Source: a virus (lineage: Duplodnaviria; Caudoviricetes). From it: a DNA stretch of 44,551 nt. The stretch's first letter is position 1, and every line of letters starts with the position of its first letter. The stretch lies in the IMG/VR virus record IMGVR_UViG_3300005764_000030, positions 1-44,551 of that record; one strand, given 5' to 3'. Under the pieces are notes generated by a model that saw only the letters and a list, made by a program, of their open reading frames with translations, did not search any database and was not told the origin of the DNA. The translations under genes and the position numbers were made by a program. Shown in pieces: positions 26,758 through 37,267 of the stretch.

Positions 26758-28362
26758 ATGCCGGAATCTTTTCTCGACGGTCGAGTCGTATTGCATTGCG
26801 GCGACATGCGCGAAGCGCTCGCGGTGTTGCCGGAAAATTCTTTTGACGCCTGCGTAACAGACCCTCCGTACCATCTCCTTAGTATTGTGAAGCGCTTCGG
26901 CTCGCCTGACAGCGCGCCGATAAACAACGCCGACGAAAAGACCGGCCGATGGGGGCCTTATCACCGCGCCTCGAAAGGCTTCATGGGCAAGGAATGGGAC
27001 GGCGGCGATCTAGCTTTTGATGCGGCGACTTGGGCAACGGTGCTGCGCGTCCTCAAACCGGGCGCGCACGCTGTTGTGTTCACGATCCCCAAGCACGTGG
27101 GATTCGTACAGGTCGCGATGCAGCAAGCCGGATTCGAATTCCGCGACATTATCGTTTGGGCCTTTGGCTCGGGCTTCCCGAAGTCGCACAGCATGTCGAA
27201 GCACATTGACCGCATGGCCGGGGCCGAGCGCGAAGTGTTGGGCATGCGCAAGGTCGAAGATATTCGCGGCGACGCGTGGGGCTCGGGCAACGGCAAGCGC
27301 GACGACGGGCGCGAGCGGCTAATGGACTATGCGATCACCGCGCCAGCGAGCGACGACGCGCGCACATGGGACGGATGGGGCACGGCGCTGAAACCAGCCG
27401 TCGAGCTAATCGTGCTCGCGCGCAAACCGCTGAGCGAGGGCAGCGTTGCGGCCAACGTGCTGAAATGGGGAACCGGCGCGATTAATATCAACGCCACGCG
27501 GATCGCCGTCAGCGACGATTCCTACGCCGCAAATTGCTCTGGCGACCGTGGCCATGCCGACAACCGTTCGCGCGATATGGATTTTGCGATGGGCTGTGGC
27601 CGGTCATCCGACATTGGCCGTTGGCCCGCCAATTTCGCGCACGACGGCAGCGAGGAAGTCAAAGATTTATTCCCCGATACCGGCATCAGCGCGGGCGGAC
27701 GCATCGGCAATGCGGGCGGCGGCGACGTGCAGAATATTCCGGTCGGGCTCTTTGAGCCCGGCGATCCGGGCTACGGCGACCAGGGCTCGGCCGCGCGATT
27801 CTTTTTCGAGGCGAAGCCGGACGCACGCGGCGGCGACGAGCGCGGCAGATGGCCAGCAAATTTAGCCCACGACGGCAGCGAGGCGGTGCTGGCGGCCTTC
27901 CCCGAAACGGATCAACCGGGCGGATGGCCGAGGGTCAAGGGCGAGCAAAGCAGCGTCTATGGTGAATTTGCTGGCACATCGAAAGCGCCAGAATACTATG
28001 CCGATAGCGGCTCGGCGGCGCGCTTTTTCTACACCGCGAAGGCGGACGCCGACGACCGGCTCGGCTCGCGCCATCCGACAGTGAAGCCGCTCGATTTAAT
28101 GCAGTGGCTTTGCCGCCTTGTCTGCCGCAAGGGCGGACGCGTTCTCGATCCGTTTGCTGGCACCGGCACGACGGCAGAGGCGGCATGGCGCGAGGGCATG
28201 CGCTGTGAGCTTGTCGAGCGCGAGGACGAATACTGCAACGACATTCGCCGCCGCATGGGGCTTGTGCTCGCTGGCCCGGAGGAACGCGCACGGGCAGCGA
28301 TCAAGGCGAAGAACCTTCCGCGCGACGACGGCCCGCTGTTTGAGTGGGGCGATGCGCAATGA
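26758..28362 (+). CDS. DNA amino-methyltransferase (N6A/N4C, beta-type motif order)
   Basis: VTDPPY near the N-terminus; HPTVKP and VLDPFAGTGTT near the C-terminus. Confidence 0.93.
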   Translation: MPESFLDGRVVLHCGDMREALAVLPENSFDACVTDPPYHLLSIVKRFGSPDSAPINNADEKTGRWGPYHRASKGFMGKEWDGGDLAFDAATWATVLRVLKPGAHAVVFTIPKHVGFVQVAMQQAGFEFRDIIVWAFGSGFPKSHSMSKHIDRMAGAEREVLGMRKVEDIRGDAWGSGNGKRDDGRERLMDYAITAPASDDARTWDGWGTALKPAVELIVLARKPLSEGSVAANVLKWGTGAININATRIAVSDDSYAANCSGDRGHADNRSRDMDFAMGCGRSSDIGRWPANFAHDGSEEVKDLFPDTGISAGGRIGNAGGGDVQNIPVGLFEPGDPGYGDQGSAARFFFEAKPDARGGDERGRWPANLAHDGSEAVLAAFPETDQPGGWPRVKGEQSSVYGEFAGTSKAPEYYADSGSAARFFYTAKADADDRLGSRHPTVKPLDLMQWLCRLVCRKGGRVLDPFAGTGTTAEAAWREGMRCELVEREDEYCNDIRRRMGLVLAGPEERARAAIKAKNLPRDDGPLFEWGDAQ

Positions 28363-28961
28363 TCATCAAGTTTACACCCGATGACGTTACCGAAGCGCTT
28401 GTGGCAGCGAATGCGTTTCAGGATTTCAATGAGGCACGCGGCTACAAAGATCGCGGTGCTGAGAAAGACCTAACCAAGATCGAGCAACGCGACCGACAGA
28501 TCGTCGGCCATGTCGGCCATCTTCTCATCGCGCGGCGCTATCATTTGCCCTACGCGCCGAAGCTTGGCGATTTTGCTCAGATCGATATTGAATTTCCCGG
28601 CGGCGACGGCGGCATGGAAGTGCGCGCGAGCATCCGAGATAATCCGCGCCTGCCGATCAATCCCCGCGACATCGAGCGCGGCAAGCTGGCATTGCCGTTT
28701 GTGCTCATCCGCGTGAGCCTTGCGCGCGGCATTGCCGAAATCTTGGGTTGGTTGTGCGGCTGGCAAGCCTTAGAGCGCCCCGACAGGATTTGGCGTGGGC
28801 CGCCGCAGAACACGTGGTATGTCCCGGCCCCATATCATTCGGTGCAATCGCTCGACGACTGGATCGAGAGCGGTGCAAAGCCGCACTGGATGCCAAAAGA
28901 TTTCGATCCTAACCGCATTGGCGAGCGACCATTACCATTTGCTGACGGAGCGCCGGAATGA
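28359..28961 (+). CDS. hypothetical protein, possible PD-(D/E)xK-like nuclease
   Basis: ATGA coupling; DFAQIDIEF..GMEVRAS. Confidence 0.6.
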   Translation: MIIKFTPDDVTEALVAANAFQDFNEARGYKDRGAEKDLTKIEQRDRQIVGHVGHLLIARRYHLPYAPKLGDFAQIDIEFPGGDGGMEVRASIRDNPRLPINPRDIERGKLALPFVLIRVSLARGIAEILGWLCGWQALERPDRIWRGPPQNTWYVPAPYHSVQSLDDWIESGAKPHWMPKDFDPNRIGERPLPFADGAPE

Positions 28962-29299
28962 GACGCGTGCTTGTCGAGTCGCCGTACAAGGGCAATCTGA
29001 TTCAGCGGTTTCTCAATCGCCGCTACGCGCGGCGCGCGTTGCATGATTGCTTGAAGCGCGGCGAAGCACCGTTTGCCTCGCACTTGCTCTATACGCAGCC
29101 GGGCGTCCTGCGCGACGGCGTGAACGTCGAGCGCACGCGCGGAATCCAAGCCGGACTCGAATGGGGCCAATGGGCGCAAGCGACCGTCGTCTATACGGAT
29201 CGCGGCATCTCTGACGGCATGAAGATTGGCATTGGCCGCGCAGAGGACGAAGGGCGGCCGGTCGAATATCGCACGCTGAAAAACGGGAGCGCGCGATGA
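28958..29299 (+). CDS. conserved phage protein (VxVESPY...APFASHLLY family)
   Basis: Common phage motif set ESPY, GEAPFASHLLYTQ, DRGISDGM. Confidence 0.75.
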   Translation: MRRVLVESPYKGNLIQRFLNRRYARRALHDCLKRGEAPFASHLLYTQPGVLRDGVNVERTRGIQAGLEWGQWAQATVVYTDRGISDGMKIGIGRAEDEGRPVEYRTLKNGSAR

Positions 29300-29568
29300 G
29301 CGCCGACAACCGCACCGGCCCCGAATATCAAGCGCATTGCGATGAGCTTGCGAAGCGCGTCAGCGAAGTGCTCGACGGCGAAGAATTAAGCGATGTGGCA
29401 AGCGTTTTGGCGGGCCTCGCCGCTTATGCCATCCTGACTCGGTGCAGCGATCCCGTCGAGCGCATGGAAATGCTGAGCAAGCTTTTCGGATTCATGTGGC
29501 GCACGGCCGACCTTGGCCATGCCGAAATTGAAATCAAACCAGAGGGCGGCCATGGGCGAACGCATTGA
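29296..29568 (+). CDS. hypothetical protein
   Basis: Coupled 90-aa ORF. Confidence 0.65.
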   Translation: MSADNRTGPEYQAHCDELAKRVSEVLDGEELSDVASVLAGLAAYAILTRCSDPVERMEMLSKLFGFMWRTADLGHAEIEIKPEGGHGRTH

Positions 29569-30103
29569 CATTCTAGCGCTCGATCTCGCGACGACGACCG
29601 GCTTCGCGCGCGGTGCGCCGGGCTCGATGCCCGTCTGCGGCTTCATCGACTTCGCGCCGCATGGCGCATCCGAGAACGCGGTTTTCGGCAACGCGTTGAC
29701 GTGGCTGTCGGGCTATCTGTTAGTGCATCCGCGTCCGACCAGCATCATCCTCGAAGCCATGCTGCCGCCGGAAGCGCTCAAAGGCGCGACCAGCCGCGCG
29801 ACGCGCGACCGTTTGGCCGGGCTGCACGGCATCGTCCGCAGCGTGGCGCACTGTCGCGGCGTCTATGAAATCAGCACCGTCAGCGTGCAGAGCGTGCGGC
29901 AACATTTCTGCGGCAATCGCTTGGCCAAGAAAGACGCCGTGCTGGAACGCTGCCGCATTCTCGGATGGGACGTGAAGGCCAATCACAACGCGGCCGACGC
30001 GGCGGCGACGTGGCACTTCGCCTGTTCGCTGATTGATCCGAAGCTCGCGTTACAGGTCACACCGCTGTTCTATGGCAAGCGGCCGATGAGGATCAGCGCA
30101 TGA
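29552..30103 (+). CDS. RuvC-like Holliday junction resolvase
   Basis: ILALDLATTTG, IILEA, NHNAADA. Confidence 0.8.
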   Translation: MGERIDILALDLATTTGFARGAPGSMPVCGFIDFAPHGASENAVFGNALTWLSGYLLVHPRPTSIILEAMLPPEALKGATSRATRDRLAGLHGIVRSVAHCRGVYEISTVSVQSVRQHFCGNRLAKKDAVLERCRILGWDVKANHNAADAAATWHFACSLIDPKLALQVTPLFYGKRPMRISA

Positions 30104-31935
30104 CGAAGATTCTCGCGCGGCTCAAGAGATTTTTCCTGTTGTTCGTATTCTGGCGAAAGCCAGACACCGTTGCGGAACCCGCCCAACCCGTTGAACCCGT
30201 GAGCGCTCACGAATCGACGGCGATATTGGGAGTCACCGGGGAAAGCAAGGGGGCACGGCCAACGACCGTTGTTGACACGGTAGGCACGGCCCCCACCAAT
30301 TCAGGAGAGGCGCATGTCGAAAGTCAGAGGCTACCGGAAGGCCCGCACCAATGGCAGCAAACGACAGCGCCCGAGGCTGCGCACGATGAAGCGACGCCTG
30401 CGGCAACGATTGCTGACGCACCGGAAGCGGCTTCGCACGCCAGCGCTCCCGCGCCAGAAACAATCATTCCTCTTTTAGCGATGGACATCGTGCCGCCGGT
30501 CGAGACGGCCGAGCGTTATGCAGAGCCGCGCGCAAAATGGGTCAAGCCCAAGGGGCTGGATTTAATCAAGCGCGCAGAGCGAGCCGAGAGCGCAGAGCCC
30601 AAGCCGAAAGCGCCGCCGCGTCCGAAGCGCCCGCGTCCGCAGTTGCGGCCGGATGAAAACCCCGAGCGTTGGGGGCAGTATTATTTCCGCGACGCGATCC
30701 TCGATCAGCTTGACCGCTACTTCGTGTATCTCAAACGCATGCGTCAGCATGACAAGGATGCTTACGAGCTACACCGTCGCATCGGGATTCAGGTCATGCC
30801 GGGCAGCGCTGTGCAAGCGTTCGATAATTGGCGCAGCGAGGAAGGCATGGACGATTTGTCGGCGTGGTGGAAAGAGAATCGCCCCGGCTTCGGCGCGATC
30901 TCCTACGGCATCGACTTCGACTCCATGGACGAAGAACGAAATCTAATCGTGGACTTGCCGCCCGAAGCCATGCCGAAAGAGCGTCCCGACTGGAAAGCAA
31001 AGCATCGCATTCTCACGATAAGCGGCGGCAACGATTTTCGTGACGAGTACACCGGCACGATGGTGAAGCCGGGCATCTTGTGGGTTCCGAAGTTTCTCTA
31101 TTTCCACAAGTACCGCAAGCCGCCGCCCGAAATTCAGCGCGTCGTTGACGGCGACGTTTATTCGATGACGGTCTATTGGGATCGCGTCGACCATCGCAGC
31201 AAGCGGTTCGACAAGCGTCACAAGGGCGGCATTCCGCAGGACTATGCCATCTGCGTCGAGCGTGCGACCGGCGCGGTGCGCGTGCTGCGCATGCTCATCA
31301 ACGAGCGCGTTCACATTCGCCACAAGCACGGCCCGGACAAAGGACTCATGTTTTCGATCCCCAACAAGCATTGGGGCATTGCGACCGAATATCTGTCGTG
31401 GGCGTGCGGACGCGGCGATGCCAGCCCGGAGGATTTCTTGCGGCGTTGCTTTATCGAAGCGGCGCTAATGTATGAGCACGGCGCAATGGGATCGATGATC
31501 CGCATTGAAGCGACGAAAGGCGGCAGAGCGAAAGACGGCGGCATGGTTGCCACCTTCGGCGTGGACGTGAAGCGCATGTCGTATTTCTTCAAGGACCGCG
31601 ACATCACCGCCGCTACGCTAACCGAGCGCGGCACACGGCGGCCTATCTTTCATATCGTGCGCCCGCACATGCGCCGCACCAAGAAAGGCGAAACGGCGGT
31701 CCACATGCACTTTTCCGGGCTGCGCGAATTCGATTGGGCCAAGTATCACATCAAAATCACGGTGCCGGTGCTCGATCATCTTGCGCTGCCGGAATTGCCG
31801 ATTGGTTCGGATCACGCGGAGAAAGGCGAGCGGCGGCCCAAGGGCGCGCTCGGCATGGCGGAATACGGCGACTGCATTGTCGAGCACTTGAACAAGGGAG
31901 ACGGCGCATGGACACGATCAGAACGAAAACGGTGA
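30100..31935 (+). CDS. 611-aa hypothetical protein with a disordered N-terminus and C-terminal HIVRPHMR motif
   Basis: Long ORF, ATGA coupled. Confidence 0.8.
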   Translation: MTKILARLKRFFLLFVFWRKPDTVAEPAQPVEPVSAHESTAILGVTGESKGARPTTVVDTVGTAPTNSGEAHVESQRLPEGPHQWQQTTAPEAAHDEATPAATIADAPEAASHASAPAPETIIPLLAMDIVPPVETAERYAEPRAKWVKPKGLDLIKRAERAESAEPKPKAPPRPKRPRPQLRPDENPERWGQYYFRDAILDQLDRYFVYLKRMRQHDKDAYELHRRIGIQVMPGSAVQAFDNWRSEEGMDDLSAWWKENRPGFGAISYGIDFDSMDEERNLIVDLPPEAMPKERPDWKAKHRILTISGGNDFRDEYTGTMVKPGILWVPKFLYFHKYRKPPPEIQRVVDGDVYSMTVYWDRVDHRSKRFDKRHKGGIPQDYAICVERATGAVRVLRMLINERVHIRHKHGPDKGLMFSIPNKHWGIATEYLSWACGRGDASPEDFLRRCFIEAALMYEHGAMGSMIRIEATKGGRAKDGGMVATFGVDVKRMSYFFKDRDITAATLTERGTRRPIFHIVRPHMRRTKKGETAVHMHFSGLREFDWAKYHIKITVPVLDHLALPELPIGSDHAEKGERRPKGALGMAEYGDCIVEHLNKGDGAWTRSERKR

Positions 31936-32192
31936 CCGCTCTGATTACCGAAGCGGGAATCGAAGCGGGCAATCTTGCCAAGTGGCCGACTTCGGAAGCG
32001 ACGCAGCGCTCGGCAACCGACGTTATGAAGCTTCTGCGCAAGACGTTCAAAGAGGACAGTTACCCGCGCGCGTTTCTCTACCTTGTGATGTTGCAAGTTG
32101 CGCACGAACTTTACGGCGACATTCTCAATCGCGAGATCAAGAACGAAGGCATCAAAGCGGCGTGGGCGAAAATCGGAGAGCTATTGGATTGA
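31908..32192 (+). CDS. hypothetical protein
   Basis: GGGAG RBS before MDTIRTK. Confidence 0.6.
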   Translation: MDTIRTKTVTALITEAGIEAGNLAKWPTSEATQRSATDVMKLLRKTFKEDSYPRAFLYLVMLQVAHELYGDILNREIKNEGIKAAWAKIGELLD

Positions 32193-32195
32193 GCA

Positions 32196-34439
32196 ATGCT
32201 GGCAGTCGACCAGTGGATTCAGCGTGCCCGCGAGGCACCCATCGAAGCCGAGATTTTGCGGCGCGGAATCGTGCTGCGCAAGTCCGGCAGCGAGCGCATT
32301 GGGCCATGTCCGAAGTGCGGCGGCACTGACCGTTTCTCAATCAACGTGAGGGACAACGTATGGAATTGCCGACAGTGCAAGCCCGACGATATTTCTGGCG
32401 ATGTCATTGGGCTCGTTATGCATCTCGACGACTGCGGATTCGAAACGGCGGTCGAGACGCTGACGCAGGAACCGAAGCCCAACGGCCACGACGACAGCAA
32501 TGGTCGCGGCACCGCCGACAACGTGCGGCAACTTCGCCGTGAAGTGGCGTGGTATGACTACGAGAACGAAAACGGCGAGCGCGAGTTTCAGGTCGTCCGC
32601 TATGAGCCCAAGGATTTCCGCCCGCGCTATCAAGACGCCAACGGCAAATGGGTCTATAGCCGCAAAGGCCAACGCGACATTCCGTTTCACTTGCCGGAAT
32701 TGCTCGAAGGCATAGGACGCGGCGTCGTCTACATCGTCGAAGGCGAGAAAGACGTGGAGACGATGGCCAAGATGGGCTACGTCGCCACGACCAACCAGGG
32801 CGGTTGCAACGGCTGGAAGCCCGCTCTCAATCAGTATTTCGAGCGCGCCGACGTGGTAATCATTGCCGACCACGATTCGCAGAGCATCAATAAGAAAACC
32901 GGCGAGAAGCTTTTTCATCCCGACAAGCGGCCCAAGCTTCCGGGCTTCGATCATGCCATGCACGTGGCTGAGCAACTTGCACCGCTGGCCGAGCGCGTGC
33001 GCATGTTCGACATAGCGTTGCTATGGCGTGACTGCCCGAGCAAGGGCGACGTGACCGACTATTTTCGCAACGGCGGCACGGTCGAAGCGCTCAACGCGTT
33101 TGTCGAGACGCTTCCCGACTGGTCGCCCAATATCACGCCGCCAGCGGACAAGCCCGCGCTTGTGCCGTTGCACCGGCCGTTCCCGCTCGACGAAACATTG
33201 CTCTTGCCGCGCGATTGGGAAATACCCGGCCTGTTGATGCGCAAGCAAGTCACGGTGCTGGTCGCGCCAAGCGGATCGGGCAAGTCGCTTCTCACGTTGC
33301 AAGTCGGCATTGCCTGTGCGCTCGGCGTCAGTTGGGCGGGCTGGCGTCCGCGCGCGCAATACCGCGTGCTGTTTATCAATTCCGAAGACGACGTGATGGA
33401 GTGCAAGCGCCGCCTTGCGGCCATGGCGCGCGTGATGCAAGTGAGCGCCGATGGCGGCGGCTACCGCCCGCTCGATCAGGCATATCTCTCGGATCGGTTT
33501 TTCATTGCGGATGAGGACGACGGCTATCTCGTTGCGTCGTTCGACGCGCGCACTAAAACCATGAAGCAAGAGCCGATGATGCAACGGCTCATTGACACGA
33601 TCAAAGCGAATCAAATCGACGTTGTGTTTGTCGATCCGTTTGCCGAGACGTTCGCTGGCGATGAGAACTCAAACAGCGAATTGAAATGGGCGGGCGTCAT
33701 GTGGCGACGGCTGGCGCGCGAGACAAACACCGCCGTATGCCTTGTGCATCACACGAAAAAATACGCAACCGGCATGGCGGGCGACGTTGACGCGGCGCGC
33801 GGCGCGGGCGCGCTCATCGGAATCGCGCGCATTGTCTCGACGCTGTTTCCAATGACGACCAAAGAAGCCGAGTTGATGAAGGACAAGGACGACAGCGGCA
33901 TCGTCAAAACAATTGGCGACGAACGCAAACATAAATATCTCCGCTATGACGACGCCAAAGCGAATCTGAATCTCAAGTCGGCGGTCGCGAAATGGTTTCG
34001 CAAAGAGACGGTCACGCTGCACAACGCCAATTGGGAGCGCAACCAGCCGGGCGATGAAGTCGGCGCGTTAGTGCCGTTTACGCCGCCCGGACTGTTCGAC
34101 CAATTCACGGTCGATCTCATCGACGCGTTCTTCGCCAAGCTCGAAAAAGGAATCTTCGACAGCAAGGGCGAGTTTACCGGCGAGTATTGGACGCTCGACA
34201 CGCGCAAGCAATCCGAGCACGAAATGAGCCGCTACGTTGGCGATCTCGTCATGAGTCACTTCGGTGTCGAGATGGAGCAAGCCGTCGCAATGCTCAAGGA
34301 TTGGCAGAAGGCGAAGCGCCTCGCGGTCAGCGAATATCATTCGAAGCGGCAGCGCAAGGCGCGCAAGCGCGTCATGCCGTCCACGTTCAAAGCGTCGCCC
34401 GATCCGAATGAGGAAAAGGCGCAGGAAGCCTTTATCTAG
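32196..34439 (+). CDS. primase-helicase fusion (zinc finger + TOPRIM + RecA-like AAA_25 helicase)
   Basis: GPCPKCGGTDRF..WNCRQC; YIVEGEKD and IIADHD; Walker A APSGSGKS; VFVDP; LVHHTKK; ARGAGA. Confidence 0.92.
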   Translation: MLAVDQWIQRAREAPIEAEILRRGIVLRKSGSERIGPCPKCGGTDRFSINVRDNVWNCRQCKPDDISGDVIGLVMHLDDCGFETAVETLTQEPKPNGHDDSNGRGTADNVRQLRREVAWYDYENENGEREFQVVRYEPKDFRPRYQDANGKWVYSRKGQRDIPFHLPELLEGIGRGVVYIVEGEKDVETMAKMGYVATTNQGGCNGWKPALNQYFERADVVIIADHDSQSINKKTGEKLFHPDKRPKLPGFDHAMHVAEQLAPLAERVRMFDIALLWRDCPSKGDVTDYFRNGGTVEALNAFVETLPDWSPNITPPADKPALVPLHRPFPLDETLLLPRDWEIPGLLMRKQVTVLVAPSGSGKSLLTLQVGIACALGVSWAGWRPRAQYRVLFINSEDDVMECKRRLAAMARVMQVSADGGGYRPLDQAYLSDRFFIADEDDGYLVASFDARTKTMKQEPMMQRLIDTIKANQIDVVFVDPFAETFAGDENSNSELKWAGVMWRRLARETNTAVCLVHHTKKYATGMAGDVDAARGAGALIGIARIVSTLFPMTTKEAELMKDKDDSGIVKTIGDERKHKYLRYDDAKANLNLKSAVAKWFRKETVTLHNANWERNQPGDEVGALVPFTPPGLFDQFTVDLIDAFFAKLEKGIFDSKGEFTGEYWTLDTRKQSEHEMSRYVGDLVMSHFGVEMEQAVAMLKDWQKAKRLAVSEYHSKRQRKARKRVMPSTFKASPDPNEEKAQEAFI

Positions 34440-34532
34440 GAGACGCGAATCATGTCCACCCGGAGCGACCAGTTGACACGTGGCAACTTTTTTGTTAGAT
34501 CGTCCTTTCCGCAAACCGGAAGGACAGATCAG

Positions 34533-35180
34533 ATGATGGCCAATGCACGCGAGAGCGTCGCGATCACGCTAGAGGACAACGAAATCTTCGAAGCCGCCCG
34601 TAACCAGATCGCAATCCTGAAAAAGACATTCGACTGTTGGGTCACGATTGGCCGGGCTGTTGTGCGCGCCCGCAAGATCGCCAAAGAGATTGGCGGCGCA
34701 AAGACGTTCATGCGCTTGATCGAGCAACAGGGGCTCGGCGCGGTCGTCAACAAGGCCACGGCGTCGCGGCTCGAAATCATTATGCAGAGCTTGCCGGAAG
34801 TGACGAAGTGGCACGAATCGTTGACACAAGGACAGCAAATCGCGTGGGCCGCGCCGACCACGATCATGAAGCATTGCCCGGTCTTTCGGACGAAGCCGAA
34901 GCCCAATGACGACGACGCCGACAAGCCGTTCAAGCCGGTCGATTTGAATCGCGCAGTCGAGAGCGTGGTGCATCACCTTGCCGAGAACAACGACGCCGAC
35001 TTGAGACAGTCGGTGATCGAGCGCATTGCCGGGCCGCAACGGCAGGACGGCGACCTGTTCAAGCCGAGCGACACCGCCGAAGATATCGCCACGGTGCTGG
35101 TCGGCATGTTCAGCAAGAACAAGGCCGAAACCATTGCGCGCGCGATCCTGCGGCTGTTGAAAGAACGCGCGGCGGCTTAG
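34533..35180 (+). CDS. hypothetical protein
   Basis: GGAAGGA RBS; 215-aa ORF. Confidence 0.7.
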   Translation: MMANARESVAITLEDNEIFEAARNQIAILKKTFDCWVTIGRAVVRARKIAKEIGGAKTFMRLIEQQGLGAVVNKATASRLEIIMQSLPEVTKWHESLTQGQQIAWAAPTTIMKHCPVFRTKPKPNDDDADKPFKPVDLNRAVESVVHHLAENNDADLRQSVIERIAGPQRQDGDLFKPSDTAEDIATVLVGMFSKNKAETIARAILRLLKERAAA

Positions 35181-35802
35181 ATCAGCGCGCGCGGGATGCG
35201 CGGCATGTTGACCGGTGCGTTGCCCCACAGCGAATAGACTCGCGGTGCCCATTTGTGCGGGTCGGCGCGGTTCCTGAAAATCGGCAGCGGCGCACATATC
35301 CAAATTTCAGGACGATGGATCGCGATCAGGGCATACATGCAGCCGACGAACTTCGCGGCTTCGTCCACGTTGCTGCCCGCCGCGTCATAGATGCCGTCGA
35401 GCATCGGCGGCCACGGGTCTTGGCAATTGAGCGTGACGCAGACTTTGAAATTCCGGTTGAGCACGTGCATATCGAAGAACGTGTTGAGATACGCTTGCGT
35501 GGTCGGCAAGTGGCCGCCGTGGTGCGGCAGCGCGCGTATCACCGCGTTCACGAACGTGCCGAATTTCCACGGCCCCGTCAGCGGCATTCCCCACGATGCG
35601 TCATAGAGCGCCATCACTTCTCTCCCGGTTCCGGTTCAAACCAATGTGTTTTTGGGAATGATGTGAATGGTTTTATCTCTCTCATCCGTACAAGGATCGC
35701 GGCGACTTCGTTTGCGCGGTGCTTGAGCCCATGCAGCAATAACAGCGAGTCGTGCCACTCGGAAAGCTCAAGCCTAATTTTCTCGAATAGCTCATCGTCC
35801 AT
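35177..35802 (-). CDS. two hypothetical ORFs (35177-35617, 35614-35802)
   Basis: Coupled to the upstream HTH gene through GGGAGAGAAG RBS ends. Confidence 0.65.
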
Positions 35803-36584
35803 TACTTCTCTCCCGTCAGCGCGAATTTCTTGGGCTCGAAAATCAGGAACGCCTTGTGCCTGATTTCGGGCGACGGATTCGAGTCGGGATGCAGGCAGCG
35901 GATGATTGCTTTGTATTGGTCGGGCGTGAAAATCTTCCCGCGCTGAATCGTTTGCCACAGCCTCATATTTTCTTCTCGTAATTCTTTGTTGTTCGCACGG
36001 GTTGCGTCGTTGGCCGCCTCGATCCGCTTATGCACTTCGTCGCGAACGCGGTGTTCGAATTGCCTGTCGAGCCGCGCCTTGTGGACGCGGATCGCGTCGT
36101 CGATACGCAGCGTGCCTTTATCGGTGAAATGCTCGGCCGCGGCGGCGTCGAGCAATTGTGCGAACGTCTCCAATCGGCCTTTCTCATATTCTTCGGCGCG
36201 CTGCACGGTGTTCTCGCCAACGCCCAATTCCTTGGCGAGTTTTTTGCGTGACACCCTTCCCCCGGCTTCGACGACCGGCCGCACACGGTCGCGCGCCGCG
36301 TCATGTTGCTTGCGCGCCTTTTTTGGCCGCCCCGAACCTTTGGGATTGGTCGCGGTCTTGGCGCGCTTTTGATTTGTACCTTCGGTACAATTCTCCAAGT
36401 CGTTGCTGATAGTCTTGTGCGTCACGCCAAATTGCTCGGCAATCTGTTCCATAGTGAAGCCTTGCGCATAAAGTCTCTCGGCAAGCGACTTGCGTTGAAT
36501 CTTCCGCTCGCTTGGCGAGAGTGCCGCCCATGCCGTGAGCGGGCAATTTTCGGGGCCGCACTTCACATCGGTTTTTGCATCCAT
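35802..36584 (-). CDS. double-HTH DNA-binding protein
   Basis: GFTMEQIAEQFGVTHKTISNDL and SRKKLAKELGVGENTVQRA; C-terminal CLHPD motif. Confidence 0.75.
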   Translation of the reverse strand: MDAKTDVKCGPENCPLTAWAALSPSERKIQRKSLAERLYAQGFTMEQIAEQFGVTHKTISNDLENCTEGTNQKRAKTATNPKGSGRPKKARKQHDAARDRVRPVVEAGGRVSRKKLAKELGVGENTVQRAEEYEKGRLETFAQLLDAAAAEHFTDKGTLRIDDAIRVHKARLDRQFEHRVRDEVHKRIEAANDATRANNKELREENMRLWQTIQRGKIFTPDQYKAIIRCLHPDSNPSPEIRHKAFLIFEPKKFALTGEK

Positions 36585-36662
36585 TGAAATCCTCCAAGAG
36601 ATTGGGATCGGTCGAAGCTCGCGCCTCAACCGATCCCAAACCTTTCCTCTCTTTCCAGTCGG

Positions 36663-37046
36663 TTACGACTGTTGCTCACGCCGGTCTTCGATGAGGCGTT
36701 CCTTGTGTTGCAGTCTCATTCGCTTGGACAGGGCTTTCTCGCCTGTGTTGCGTCTGAAACCGAAACGCAGCGCTCGTAGAAAATCGGCGGTGATCACGTC
36801 GGCAAGAAAAGCGTAGCCGTTGTCGGCGGCGATCTTCTTTGCGGCGAATACGTAATCCGCTTCGTCAAGATCGTACTTGCCGTGCTTCGATGGTTTGTCG
36901 CCAGCGAGCACTTCCAAGTACGGCAACAGGTGCTCGTAGTGCGAGCGCATGAAGCTTGCCGCCTCAGTGATCAGACTCGATGACTTTGGCGGTCGCATCT
37001 CCGCAACCGAAGCCGGGATGCGTACACGAATGTCTGATGTTGGCAT
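36663..37046 (-). CDS. hypothetical protein in the position usually held by CI
   Basis: GGAGAG RBS; divergent from the Cro-like gene. Confidence 0.65.
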   Translation of the reverse strand: MPTSDIRVRIPASVAEMRPPKSSSLITEAASFMRSHYEHLLPYLEVLAGDKPSKHGKYDLDEADYVFAAKKIAADNGYAFLADVITADFLRALRFGFRRNTGEKALSKRMRLQHKERLIEDRREQQS

Positions 37047-37112
37047 GCAGGGGGCTCTCCTTTCTGTCGCCCGATGGGCCGTGACGGGGGCGACACCGTA
37101 ATGGTCCTGTTT

Positions 37113-37250
37113 ACCTGACCAGTATCGGTCACTAGCACCTGACCAGTTGGGCCGTCAACAAAAAAGTGACCGGTGTTAACTTTAGGTTGGTAGGCAAAAG
37201 CTGACCACATGGCTAAAATGACGCGCTCTCTTGGACGCAGCCGACCAACT
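37113..37250. promoter_or_regulatory. divergent control region with repeated (T)GACCA half-sites
   Basis: acctgaccagt at 37113 and 37137; palindrome tgacc-N6-ggtca at 37116-37131; more gacc sites near 37168, 37202 and 37243. Confidence 0.6.
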
Positions 37251-37267
37251 ATTGAAAGGATTCAACA

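Noticed and set aside
35616-35815. 12-bp repeat acttctctcccg at two gene ends (both encode GEK-stop)
   Set aside because: Explained as reuse of a GGGAGAGAAG RBS for translational coupling; too short to claim more
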